Positions 37,950 through 50,713 of a DNA stretch of 58,085 bases are shown one piece after another; the first letter of the stretch is position 1; each line of letters opens with the position of its first letter. The stretch comes from Chiloscyllium plagiosum. Lineage: Eukaryota. Where the stretch lies: contig NC_057719.1 of NCBI RefSeq assembly GCF_004010195.1, positions 91,996,372 through 92,054,456 on the forward strand, given 5' to 3'. The notes beneath the pieces are model-generated. The model saw only the letters and a list, made by a program, of their open reading frames with translations. It was not told where the DNA came from and made no database searches. The position numbers and the translations under genes were made by a program.

Positions 37950-40900
37950 ATGCGTCCTTTGCAGAACAGAGTTTTAAACGGAGTCCTCACTCCACTCCTG
38001 AAAGGTATGCCTTGAATTTTCAGATTATGTCCCACAGACTGACAGTCTGCAATCAGAAGAAATAGTTCCTCACCATCTTACCCTATTTGCTCCTCTTAAT
38101 ACTTTGAAAATTTCAATCAACTCTCCAACCACCGACTGGCAGGTAGTACCATGCTAGATTGTGCAATCTTTCTTTGTAATTTAACCCGTGGGAGTCCAGC
38201 TGTCATTCTGGTAAATTAACATTGCACTCCCTGCAAAGCTAAATTAATGTTCCAGAGATGTGGTGCCCACTGCTCCAGGTGTGATCTAACTAGGGTTTTA
38301 TACAGCTGAAGTGTGACTTTGTAATCCAATCCTCTAGATACAAAGCTGGCATTACAGCAAGCATTTTGATTATGTATATGTCAGTTTGTAACGTTTTAGT
38401 GGTTTCTGTATTGAACCCCAAAGTTGCTTTGGACTGCCACTGTTTCTAGCTATTCAGTCATGTAGTCTTTGAGGTCTCCAGTATAGGAAAAAGCCATTTG
38501 ACTCATCGAGCCGACACTGGTCAAAAACCAACCACCTAACTATTCTAATCCCACTTTTCTAGCATTTGACCCATAGCCTTGTATGTCTTGGCATTTACAA
38601 GTGTACATCTACATATTTGAAATGTGATGAGGGTTTCTGCTTCTACTATCCTTACAGACTGAGTTTTAGATTGCCACCATCCTCTGAGTGGGAAAGAAAA
38701 CTTTTCTTTATCCCCTCTAAATCTCCTGCCCCTTACCTTAAATCTATGCCCCCTGGGTATTGATCCCTCCACCAATGGGAAAAGTTCCTTTTAAGACACA
38801 ACCTGTTGAGGCCTCAAGTATTTAAAACTTATATTAATGACTTGGATGAAAGGATTAACTGTATTGTAGCCAAAATTTGTTAACAATACAAAGAGTGGTA
38901 GGAAATCAAGGTGTGAGGAGGTCACAAAGTGCCTCCAAAGAAATATAAAGATAGGGTAAATGAGTGGGGAAAAAATGTCACAAGGACTACAAAATGAACA
39001 AATGCAAGACTGTCCACTTAATGTGAATAATAGAAAACACAGTATTACTGAAATGGTTAGAGATTACAGTACACTGGGTATCCTACTGTACAAGTCATAA
39101 AAAGTTAGTATGGAGGAAGAAATTGGGAAGGCATATTGAACACTGGCCCTGTTGCAAGGGAGATGCAACATAAAAGTAGGGAAGTCTTGGTACAGCTTTT
39201 CAAGACATTAGTGAGACTGCACCCACTTGGCTGATTCCTGCGATGAAAGGACTGACAAAGGAGAAAAGGTTCAGTACAGTTGGACCTTTATTCTTCGGAG
39301 CTTTGAAGAAGAAGGGGTGATTTTATCAAGACAAAAATTCCGAAAGGTCTGACCAGGTAGATGCTGAGAGGATGTTTCCTCTCATATGAGAGTCCAGAAA
39401 TATGGAGCACAGTTTCAGATTAAAAGATTTAAGATAGAATGAAGGAGAAACTTCTCTGAGGGACATTAATCTTTGGAATTCTCTTCTCCAGAAAGCAGTG
39501 AAATCAGAATCATTGAATATGGATTTGAGTGAGTTTTTTTTCGACAAGTGTTACAGAAGTCAGTCAGAAAAGTGTAGTTAAGGCCATAACCAGCTGAGCC
39601 ATAATCTTATTGAATGGCAGAGGAGGCTCAAGCAATAGTATGGCCTAGTTCTGTTCCTATTTCTTGTATTATGTTCCAACAGCCTCTACTGGGGACCCTG
39701 TCCTAGAAACACAGAAGACAGGAGCAGGAATAAATCATTTGAACCCTCAAACCTGCTCCGGCATTCATGATGATCATGGCTCTTTATTGGCTCAAAACCC
39801 TTATCCAGTACTCGCCCCATACTCCTGACACCTTTAGCCACAAGCCACAAGAAAATCGATTGTTTTCTTGAAAATACAATGTTTTGGCCTTAACCACTTT
39901 GTGATATTCCACAGGCTCACCACTCTCTGGGTGAAAACATTTCTCCTCATCTCCATCCTAAAGGTTTTACCTCCTATGACCCCTGATTCTAGACTTCCCC
40001 ACCATCGGGGACATTCTTCCTGTATCTAACTGGCCTGGTCCTGTTAGAATTTGATAGGTTTCTATGAGATTCCCTGTATTTTTCTAAACTCCACTGAATA
40101 CAATCCTAGCTGACTCAATTTCTCCTCTTACATCAGTCCTGCCATCCCAGGAACAAATTTGGGACATCTTCACTGCACTCTCTAAGATGACCAAAACTAC
40201 ATATAACATTCCAGTGTGGCCTCACCAATGTCATGTTAATTTGCAGCAAAACATCTTTATAGTTATATACTTGAATCCTTTCGCTATGAAGGCCAACATA
40301 CTATTTGCTTTCTTCACTGCCTGCTGCACCTGCACACTTACTTTCAGTCATGGTGTACAGGACACCCAGATCTCAATGAGCATTCATAGACTCCCTACAG
40401 TGCAGACAGAAAGAGGCCATTTGACCCATGGAGTCCTCATCAACGCTCTGAAGAGCATCCCATGCAGACCCCAATTTTTTCCCTGTAACACTCCAATTAC
40501 AATGGTTAATCTATCTCACCTGCACATCTTTCAATGTGGGAGGAAAGCCACACAGACAGAGAGAGAACATGTAAACTCCACAATGACTGTCGCCCGAGGC
40601 TGGAATTGAACCCGGGTTCCTGGTGCTGTAAGGCAGCAATACTAGCCATTGAGGTGTCTCGCAGCACCAGGGAATGTGCCACCCTAGAACAGGAACTGTT
40701 CCAGAGTCTAAAGAATCTTGGAAGATGACCACCAATGCATCCATTATATGTAGGGCCATTTCCTTTAGTACTCTGGAATGTAGATTCAGACCCTGGTGAT
40801 ATATCAGCGTTCAATGTCATCAACTTCTGCAATACCATTTGTCTACTATTACAGATTTGCTTCAGTTCCTCCCTCTCACTAACCTGTGTTCCCCATAATT

Positions 40901-41260
40901 TCTGATATATTTTTGTGTCATCCTTTCTGAAGACAGAAAATCTATCAATTTAGTTCTAAGGATCATCGGACCTGAAACATTAGCTCTGCTTTCTTCGCAC
41001 AGATGTTGCCAAACCTGCTGAGTTGCAGAATTATACAACACAGAAACAGACTTTTTGGCCCACATCATCCACACTGACCAGGTTTCTTAAACTGAACTAG
41101 TCCCATTTGCCTGCATTTGGCCCATATCCTTCCAAACCTTTCCTGTCCATGTAGAGATTATACCTGCCTCATACTCGCCACCCTCTTTGTGGAAAAGGTT
41201 GCCCCTCAGATCCCTTTTAAATCTTTCCCTTTCACTTTAAACCAATGCAGTCCTTGTATA
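37950..41260. mobile_element. Cluster of older CR1/L2 fragments on both strands, with an old HE1-like SINE at about 40385-40665 (-)
   Basis: RGHRFKVRGRRFRGD and other RT-tail similarity. SINE V-domain in ORF 40511..40759. Confidence 0.65.
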
Positions 41261-41269
41261 GGTTCTCAA

Positions 41270-41810
41270 ACCCCTGCTAATTTAGTTGAAACCCTCCCCA
41301 ATCACTCTAGCAAATAGTCCACCTCGAACATCAGTCGTGGTCCTGCCCAGGTATAACCTGTCCAGTTTGGACTGGTCCCACTTCACCCCCAGAACTGGTC
41401 CCAATGCCCCAGGAATCTGAATTCTTCCTACTCACATTCTCTCTTTAGCGATATGCTCATCTGATCTATCCTGTTTCTACTCTGACTAGCACATGGCACT
41501 GGTAGCAGTCCTGAGATCACTACCTTTGAAGTCCCACTTTTCAGCTTGCTTCCTAACTCTCTAGATTCTGCTTTTAGAACTTCATCCCTTTTTCTACCTT
41601 TGTCATTGGTACCACATGTACCACAAGTACTGACTGTGCACTTTCCCCCTCCAGGATGTCCTGTAGCTGCTCTGAGACATCCTTGATCCAGCATTAGGGA
41701 AGCAACATATTATTCTGAATTGCATTTGTAGCCACAGAAACATTTATCTAATGCTCTTACAATTGATTTCCCTATGACTACTGCATTTCCACACTTATTG
41801 CTTCGCTCTT
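41270..41810 (-). mobile_element. CR1 ORF1 esterase (SGNH) remnant
   Basis: ORF 41428..41694 GTNDKGRKRDEVLKAESRELGSKLKS...VVISGLLPVP. Confidence 0.8.
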
Positions 41811-42349
41811 GTGCAGCACATACATTCCAAGTTTATATTATCAATAACCATTAACATTCCCTTGCTCAATAGTTTTGCAATCTCTGTAGAAAATTCAACC
41901 AGGCTTTTTTGCAATGACCTACTCTTTGTAAATCCATGCTGGTTCTCCCCAAACTGAAAACATCTTTCAAGCTGTTCAATCCTTGATCTTTAATTAAATT
42001 ATAGACACTGGCATTTTCGCTCTGACAAATGTTCGATTAAGTAGTCTGTAATTCCCAATTTCTGCTTTCACCTTCCTTAAATAGTAATTAATTTAGCAAT
42101 TTTCAAGCTGAAGAAACTGTTCTGAAGTTGAGGGGACTACAGAAGGTTATAAATACAGCCTACGAGCAAGCAGACTGACATCCATCTGCTACCTTGCTTT
42201 AAGATTACGAACTCACTGAGTGGAGATTTCCAGTATATTGAACATTCCAGCACTCAACACAGCACCAGAAGAGGCATACTGATGACTTCAATCATTTATA
42301 TTCATTTCAAATAATCACAAAGATGTTGACATTTGACGATTTTGGTTTT

Positions 42350-42700
42350 GCCACTGTGTCAGAGCATTGTGGATTCAAATCCCAGCTCAGAGACTTGAAC
42401 CCACCCTCGAGACTGGCATTTCACTGCAGTACTGAGGGAGTGCTGCACTGCTGAGATGCTACCTTATAGCTGATGCTTTAGATGGCAGCCTCTCATATGG
42501 GCATAAAAGATCCTCATCACACTAGTTTGAAGAGGAGGGGGCAGTTTTCCCAGGTGTCCCACAAAATATTTATCCCTAAACCACGCCTAAAAATTGATTA
42601 TCTGGCCACTGTCGCTTTGAGAGCTTGTTGTATACAAGCTCTCAGTCATCACAACAGTGACTGGACTTACAAAGATGTTTCATATTAAATATTACTTGGA
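42350..42700 (+). mobile_element. Deu-domain SINE (SacSINE1-like)
   Basis: tRNA-like B box (ggattcaaatccc), gcagtactgagggagtgctgcactg, taaaagatcc and aatatttatccct. Confidence 0.7.
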
Positions 42701-44038
42701 GGATATCAGATTTGAAGGATAGTGGAAACATGGGCTTATATCAAGTTCTGGAGTTTTTTTTAAAAAAAAAGAGACAGTTGAATGGTACAGTGGGCATTGG
42801 AGAGTATTTTTAATGATGTTTTCACTAAAACAAATGCTTGATTATAGTACACCTACGTTGGACAAAAAGCTGAAAGAACTGCAGATGCTGAAAATATGAA
42901 GCAGAAATTGCTGGAAAAATCTCAACAGGTATGACAGCATCTGTGGACAGAAATCAGAGGTCCAGTGACCCTTTTTCAGAACCCTATGCTGGAATTGTTT
43001 TGAACAGTGATTGGCTCGATTCTTATTGTTTCAGTTAGAGGAAAGTATATTAAGGACAAGCTGCCCAGCTCATCTCTTCCCATCTCTGAAAATGGTTGTG
43101 TTCAGGTTAAAGTGATTGAAAGGACATCAAATGGGCATTGGACGTACATATGGATAATAATGGAACAGTGTAGGTTAGATGGGCATCAGATTAAATTCGC
43201 AGATCGGCGCAACATCGAGGGCCGAAAGGCCTGTACTGTAACGTTCTATCTATTAAGATGTATTTGAAAGAAGTGCATGATTAGTAACTTAGACCACACA
43301 TGCCAGAACATCAGAGCAACAGACTCCAGAACATTCCACACTTAATTCTTTTGCCTTCATGGATAACCCATCAACCAAATTAAGGATTCCAAAAGTGGGG
43401 GCCAGGAACCCAAGTGGAGACATAAACTGAAATTTTGAGTTTGCAAGTTCTGAGGCAACAATGTTTCTGTGGACTGCTGATCAACTTATAACAGCTGGTT
43501 CTCTCATTCTAACAGTTCTCACAGAGATGGTGATGACAATTTCCAAGTCTTGAAAAGGGATCATAAAGGGAAAGAGTTTGGAAAGCATTGGATAAAGTGT
43601 TTTTTTTCTGAAAGCCAATTGCTACAAAAATCAGGTTTTTATCTCCCTTCTCTATTCTTGAAGAGAGTGTGTATGTATATTTTGGGGATATTTAGAGAGA
43701 CGGCATTTGTACTTCTATATTTCAGACTATATTTTAACCAATTGTAATTGAATAAGATTTGATTTGATAATAAATGAATAATTACATTGATTAAGAAACA
43801 ATGCGGATAGATCTTGATGTTAAAAACCAGATGTTAATGCGATATTTAATTGGTCATCTTTGTCACTGAAAAATGTGTTTTTTTATGTTGTGACCCCTGG
43901 AGCAGTGTGATGGTACACTCCTTCAGTTTCGGTTGTTAGACTACAATAGAACAATGCTTCATTGGTTAAAAAGCATTTTGAGATCATGAAACACTCTCCA
44001 AGTGCAAGACATCCATTGTGAAACAAAATGAAGCATAC

Positions 44039-44165
44039 CCCAATCCTTTACCAGATTGTTCGACATGTACAGAACTTGCAGCTTCCTCATCGCATGAATT
44101 CCTTTGAGCTTCTCAATCAAGTTATATGAAATCCACAACTCTTCCAGTGTTTCCCCCACTGCTTC
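44039..44165 (-). CDS. DNAL1: DNAL1 coding exon, 127 nt: [42 protein letters not shown](A)
   Basis: ttttctacag acceptor and gtatgc donor. Overlaps ORF 43959..44159. Motifs [10 protein letters not shown] and [11 protein letters not shown]. Confidence 0.97.
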
Positions 44166-44639
44166 CTGTAGAAAATAAAGTAAAACAGATTAACACACCA
44201 GGTTTTCAGAGTTTCAGGCATTTTGTCTGCTCCCTTGTAATTTAACTCACAAATCCTGTGCTGTCCCAAACACAAAAGGATTTGATAAAGTCAAATTCAG
44301 CAACAAACATTGCCTTGTTGGAGACAATTAGCAAGCCAAAATATATTTTAAAAAGTTAAACAGGTATAAAACATAATTCAATATACTTTTGGAATGTTAG
44401 TCCACTTCAAGACAACTAGAAAATTGATTGAACTGGTGGTGCAGCTGAACAGAACTGTGGTCAGACTGCATCTGTAGTAAGAGTGTTCAGTTTTGGGCAT
44501 TAGACCTCAGGAAAAGCACTGAAGGGGAGGCAGTGAAGATTTGATTTTATATTTTCAAAGGATGTGAACCTTGCTGACAAGGCCAGAATTTGTTGGTCAA
44601 GACTTTCCACACCATTTCACAGGGCAGTTTAAAAGAGTC

Positions 44640-44975
44640 GTAGTGTGGCAGCAGGCTACTTGGCCCAAGTCTACACCATCCCTACAAAGCACATCTCATG
44701 CAGACCCACCTCCCCCTTCCCTATCCCAGTAACCTTGCATTTCCCATGTCTAACTCAACTAACCTACACATCCCTGGACACTATGGGCAGCTTAGCATGG
44801 CCAATCCACCTAATCTGCGCATCTTTGAAACAAGGAAACCGGACCACCTGGAGGAAACCCACGCAGACACGGGCAGAAGGTGCAAACTCAACATAGACAG
44901 TCGCCCGAAAGTGGAATCGAATCTGGCTCCCTGGCGCTATGAGGCAGCAGTGCTAACCACGGAGCCACTGTGCCA
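44640..44975 (-). mobile_element. HE1-like SINE (older)
   Basis: V-domain and tRNA head in reverse. Confidence 0.82.
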
Positions 44976-46513
44976 AATTTCTATGAGCATGGAGTGACAT
45001 GTAGGTCAGTCTAGGTAAAGGACAGCAGATTTCCTTCCCTAAAAGGACACTGGTGAACCAGATGGGTTTTTACAGAAATCAATAATGATTTTAGTTTTGT
45101 ATCATTTGTAAACTTTGAAATTACCCTGTGCACATCAAGATCTATGTAAGTAATATGTATCAGGAAATGCAAGAGCCTCAATACTGACCCTGGGGAATTC
45201 CACTACAAACCTTCCTCCAGCCCGAAAAATATCTATTGACCACTATTCTGTTTGCTAACACTTAGCCAATGCACAACAACACTGCTACTGTCCCTCTTAT
45301 ACCACTTTTCTCAAATCTGTTGTGTAGCACTGCATCAAATGCCTTTCGAAAGTCCATGTACACCTCAACCATTTCCCTCATCAACCATTTCTGTTACCGC
45401 TTCGAAAATCTCCAGCAAATTAAACAGAACTGCCCTTTAGAAATCATTGCCGGCAGTTTCTAAACAACTCAACTTTACCCATCTTTCTACTAATTCTCTC
45501 ATAAAAAAATGACTCTCGAAGCTTCCCCACTACATAAGTTAAACTAATGGTCTGGAATTGCTGGGTTCAGCCTTAAAAACGCATTGCACAAAGGCATAGT
45601 ACCTGCAATTTGACAGTCCTCTGGCATTTCCCGACTCCAGGGAACTTTTAAGGATTACTGCCTATGGCCCTGCAATTTCCACTCTCACTTCCTTCAATAA
45701 TCATGGATGCATCTCATCCATCCCTGGTGCCTTGTCAACTTTAAGTAACCAACACTTACTCCTTGTCAACTTTTAACTTTTCTAATGACGCTCCTCTGAC
45801 CCCACTAGTGACAGTCTTCTATCATCTACCTCCTTGGTAAAGACAAATTAAAGTATATATTCAGTATCTCAGGCATGCCTCAGTGTGTCGATTCTCTTTT
45901 ACTATTGATGCACGTATAGAAAACTTTGGAATTATCCTTTGATGAACATATGACCAAAGTTTGGATGGTGGGATTTTAAAAGAGAAGTTGTAAGTCAATT
46001 GAGTGACAGCTTCTCCCAGGGTAAAGTACATGAACAGTCTAACCTTACCTACTTTGCTGTAAATTCACCAGGCCCTTTGTTGCCTCACATAACTGAACTC
46101 AGAACCTTTTGTCAATCTGTATGGCTTAGCCTTTCATTAGCTAAACTCAGAGCCCACACGTAATTTATTAAATGGGTGCAGCACAGAGAGAGCCCAATCA
46201 GTCATATCAAGCTGGCTCTCTTAAAGAGCAACTTAATTGATTCCAATTCCCCATTTTTTTCCCCAATGCCGAGATTTTTTTTCTTTTCAGATAACTATTT
46301 AGTTCCCATTTATCCGAATGAATTGTCAAGTTGTCAAGAGATAGTTCCGAGAGATAAAGACTGATTAAGTTGTCAAAAAGATTGGTATATGGAGCACAAT
46401 GCAGGAAAATGTAAACTTGTCAATTTTGACTGAAAGAATAGAAAAGTACTTTGCTGTTTTAATGGAGAGAGATTACAGAGCTCTGAGGTGCAGAGGGATC
46501 TAGTCCAGGAATA

Positions 46514-46838
46514 TTAGACTCCCTACATTATATTCCCTACAGTGTGGAAACAGCCCCTTCGGCCCTAAAAGTCCACACCGACCCTCCGAAGAGTAACCCA
46601 CCCAGACGCATTTCCCTCTGACTAACGCACCTAACCTGTGGGCAATTTAGCATGGCCAAAACATCTGACCTGCACATCTTTGGACTATGGGAGGAAACCG
46701 GAGCACCCGGAGGAAACCCATGCAGACACGGGGAGAATGTGCAAACTCCACACAGACAGTCACCCAAGGCTGGAATCGAATCCGGGACCCTGGTGCTGTG
46801 AGGCAGCAGTGCTAACCACTGAGCCACCGTGCTGCCCA
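46514..46838 (-). mobile_element. HE1-type SINE inside an old CR1/L2 fragment (about 46360-47440, +)
   Basis: Full consensus in reverse. Confidence 0.9.
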
Positions 46839-47444
46839 AAGTAGCAGAAATTAATATCAGAAAGTTAGCATGTAGGCACAGCAAGTAATTAGGTAGGCAA
46901 AGGGAATGTTGGCATTTATAGTCAGTGGAATAGAACGTAAAAGTGGGGAGGTTCACTCCACCTGTAAAAAGCCTTGGTGAGATTACATCAGAAATACTGT
47001 GTACGGTTTTGATTTCTGTATTTGAAAACAGATCATTGTGTTAGAAGCAGACTAATTCCTGGGATGAAGGGCTTATTTTATAAAGAAAGGCTGAACACAT
47101 TGGGTATATGCTCAATGGAGCTTAGAAGAACAAGAGATGACCTAATTGAAAAATACAAACACCTAAAGAAAACTGGACAAGATGGATGTCAAGTGGCTGC
47201 TTCCTCTTCAGGGAGACTACAGGATGTAAAAGACATTCCCCTTTTAAGAATGAGAAAAGGAGTTTCTGTCCAATGGTTGTTTGTATGTGAAATTCTTTTT
47301 CCAGGAAAACAGTGGCAGCTGATTAACTGAAATTATTCAATGCTGAGTTAGACAGACAGGGAAGTGGAACGGAAATCCCAGCCAGGTCAGGCAAGATTTT
47401 GTTGAATGGCAGAGCAGACTCGAATGGCTAAATAGTCTACTTCC

Positions 47445-47912
47445 AAGGACGTTGCCAGGGTTGGAGGGTTTGAGCTGTACGGAGAGGCTGAATAGGCTGG
47501 GGCTGTTTTCCCTGGAATGTGGGACGCTGAGGAGTGACCTGATAGAGGTTTACAAAATCATGAGGGGCATGGATAGTGTAAATAGACAAGGTCTTTTCCC
47601 TGGTATGGGGGAGTCCAGAACCAGAACCAGAGGGCTTAGGTTTAGATGAGAGCAGAAAGATTTAGAAGTGACCTAAGGGGCAACTTTTTTATGCACAGGT
47701 TGATGTGTGTATGGACTGAGCTGTCAGAGGAAGTGGTGGAGGCTGGTACAATTACAACATTTAAAAGGCATCTGGATGGTTATATGTATAGGAAAGGGTT
47801 AGAGGGATGTGGGCCAAATGCTGGAAAATGGGACTAGATTAACTTAGGTTATCTGGTCAGCATGGACGGGTTGGACCGCAGGGTCTGTTTCCATGCTCTA
47901 CATCTCTATGAA
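47445..47912 (+). mobile_element. CR1 3' fragment
   Basis: PGLEGLSCTERLNRLGLFSLE...DLIEVYKIMRG. Confidence 0.88.
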
Positions 47913-48009
47913 TCTAATATTATTATGAATCTGCCTCCACCACAGTTTTAGGAACTGTGTTCTGTCATTGTTATAAATGCAGGTCTCCTTAAAAATATTT
48001 TCTAATCAA

Positions 48010-48112
48010 CCTGTTCAGAGATGTTATTACACACTTTAGAAACAGCTGAGACTTGAACACAGGCCTCCTGACCCAGAGGTAGGGATACTACCACTGCACC
48101 ATAACAGCCCTC
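48010..48112 (-). mobile_element. Short tRNA-derived SINE-like head (not a functional tRNA)
   Basis: Minus strand tggtgcagtggtag (A box) and gttcaagtc (B box). No convincing full cloverleaf. Confidence 0.5.
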
Positions 48113-48911
48113 AAGGATAAATTAGAACAGCTCTAGAGGTGATCGAGAGCAGGTGATGCTCAATGAATTTTCCAGGAGGCTTGGGTTCAAGTTCTACTGT
48201 CCTAGACATATGTGACAATATATCTGAACAGGTCGACTAAAATAAATACAACAGCTTGGATCTTCTTCAGTATCTCCCTTGCTGTCCACCATGTTGGCTT
48301 AGCTCCTTCCCTGGTGTTTCCCACCTTTTTGTTTTTGTGCTGCTGTTGCACTGCCCTGCTGGGCAGTTCTTACAATTTGCTTGTTTCATTGATTATTTAG
48401 GTGATTTGTACATGGGTTTTTGAAAATAAACAGCTGGACTCTTCAACCTATGGTCAGAAGTCCTTCCTGTCCCAGAGATGTGTGCCATAACGTATTTGAA
48501 CAGATTGCTTAAAAATGGTTCTTTCCGCCAGCATCCTTGAAGCCGTTAGAGATTGATGGGCATGGCAAGGGCTGGGGTGCACCCCCTCCTCTCCTCTCCA
48601 ACATTTTGATTTAGTTCTCCTCTTAGTTTCCTTCCCCTTGTTATTGTTGCACTGCCTTGGTGGACAGGGTGTTAGTTTTTTTCATAAATAATTATGCAGG
48701 TGATTTACTGGTGAATTAAATTTAAAAAGTTGGGTAGTTCTGTAGAGCGATGTTGACTTTGGGATAGGGAAATATGGAAACTGATGTTTGTGCTAAATTA
48801 CAGATTTACTGTACTTTTACAATATTTTTACAAATCCTTGTGAATCTGGAAAGCCTTTAGGTGCCTAAATCAACATATAAATACTGGTCTGTTAAACACA
48901 TTTGAATTCCT

Positions 48912-49131
48912 AGGCGAAAGTGAGGCCTGCAGATGCTGGAGATTAGTGTCAAGAATATGGTGCTAGAAAAGCACAGCAGGTCAGGCAGCATCCGAGAAGC
49001 AGGAGAATCGACGTTTCAGGCCAAAGCCCTTCATCAGGACTTCCTGGTGAAGGGGTTTTGCAAGAAATATCTATTTTCTTGCTTCCTGGATGCTGCCTGA
49101 CCCGCTGTTCTTTTCCAACACCACACTCTCG
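48912..49131. mobile_element. Palindromic Penelope-end insert with a 14-bp TSD
   Basis: acatttgaattcct at 48898-48911 and 49132-49145. Two inverted pLTR halves meet at about 49040. Confidence 0.87.
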
Positions 49132-49411
49132 ACATTTGAATTCCTGACTACCTGTTGTTTAAAAGAAGTTGTTCGTCAAGTCACTGCATCTTTTTCTTCA
49201 ATCAACTTAAAATTGGTTCCTTCTGGTCCTTGCTCCTTGCATCAATGGGAACAGTTTCTCCCTAGCTACCCTGTCTAGACACCTATGATTTGAATACCAC
49301 TATTGAATCTCCCCTCAACTTGCTTTTCTGTATGGAGAATATCTCCAAATCATTCACTACAGTTTTCAGCAGCAAGGTTTAGAGCAAGATGGTGAAACTA
49401 TATTAACATAC

Positions 49412-49467
49412 CAGGCCATTTAAATTCTTTATATTGTTCCTTCCCAGTGACAGAATTGTTAATTTCT
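49412..49467 (-). CDS. DNAL1: DNAL1 coding exon, 56 nt: (K)KLTILSLGRNNIKNLNGL, LRR
   Basis: gttttccag acceptor and gtatgt donor. Contains the DNAL1 motif ILSLGRNNIKNLNGL. Phase 1 to phase 0. Confidence 0.96.
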
Positions 49468-50513
49468 CTGGAAAACACAAGTAAATGAACAACATTTCAG
49501 TTTTGAACTAACACCTGAGATTGACATGCAGAAAATTTACATAAAAGATAGATCAGTTAGCCTCGACATTTTCTAACTAAATTTCCCTTGCCCCATCTTG
49601 CGGCAAGGTAACCCCTTGCAAGAGTCTAAAATCAGGGAATCCCTGGGCCAGTAAGGACAAATTACTGCAGAAAATTCCATCCTCTCAAGTGCTTGAAGTG
49701 AGATTTCAATACAACCAGACAATTCTGAAGAGAGTTGTCAATTTTGAATTTAGGGTTAAAAATGGTTATTAGGCTGAAGACCAGATAAGGGTACAAAATT
49801 AAGTTCAACCTAGCAATACTTTGAACACAGCCTGCAGGACTTCTGGCCCAAGTAATCTCCTACAGATACTGGAACTTCACTTACTTGACAATCAATTGCC
49901 TCACATGACACACACCTCTCCCCTACCAGTTAGTAGTTTGCTAGGCCACTTCACATAGCATTGAAGAATTAGCCATATCAGTGTGGACTTGAGTCACAGA
50001 TCAGTAAACTGAGAAAGATCAATATGCCCGCTTCCCTAAAGGACACTAATGAACCAGTTTGGATTTTAAAAACTCCAATAGTTTCAGGATTATGACTACT
50101 GATGTAAACTTTTCAGTTTTCAGACTTTTTAAAAACCGAATTCCAATTCTGAATTTGCCGTGGTGAGATTGTAGTTCCAGTTCTCTGGATTGCTAGCCAG
50201 GTTAAAGAACCTCTGCCCTACCATACCCAATTCTGAGTAGTGTACATGGTGCTGAACAGTACACGTCAGCTGAATGTTTAAGGCAGTAGATAGTATAGCA
50301 GAAAGCCAAAAACATGTGTCTGTGATTCCGCTTGCAGCATTAGCTAGCTAGGTTTATTGACGTAAATGGAGTTAATATTACATTTTTGCTTCTTGTCAAT
50401 CTCCACATAACTAGGTCGGGAGAGCGATTAATGAAAATCAGAAAACTCAAAGCAAATCAGAAAACTGAAATTTTTTTTTAAATCGCCTTTTATTAAGAGA
50501 GACACATACTTAC

Positions 50514-50569
50514 TTAGTCCATTCAAGTTTGCTATCTTTTCGATGCAGTTTGTCGAAAGAGACAATTTC
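50514..50569 (-). CDS. DNAL1: DNAL1 coding exon, 56 nt: (E)KLSLSTNCIEKIANLNGL(K), LRR
   Basis: tttttcag acceptor and gtaagt donor. Peptide matches the vertebrate DNAL1 LRR as I recall it. Phase 2 to phase 1. Confidence 0.96.
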
Positions 50570-50713
50570 CTGAAAAAGGTTGAAAGGAGTGCTTTACTTT
50601 TGAGACATCCTGGACATTTCTCATTTTCAGCATTTACTGATTTTCCATTTATTCAAAGCAGCTAAATAGCAGACAAACTGTGGATAAACTAAGACAGTTA
50701 AAAACACTGAAGT

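Noticed and set aside
43300..43940. Possible ancient solo LTR
   Set aside because: Only vague similarity at the 3' end, with no TG...CA termini or TSD identified.
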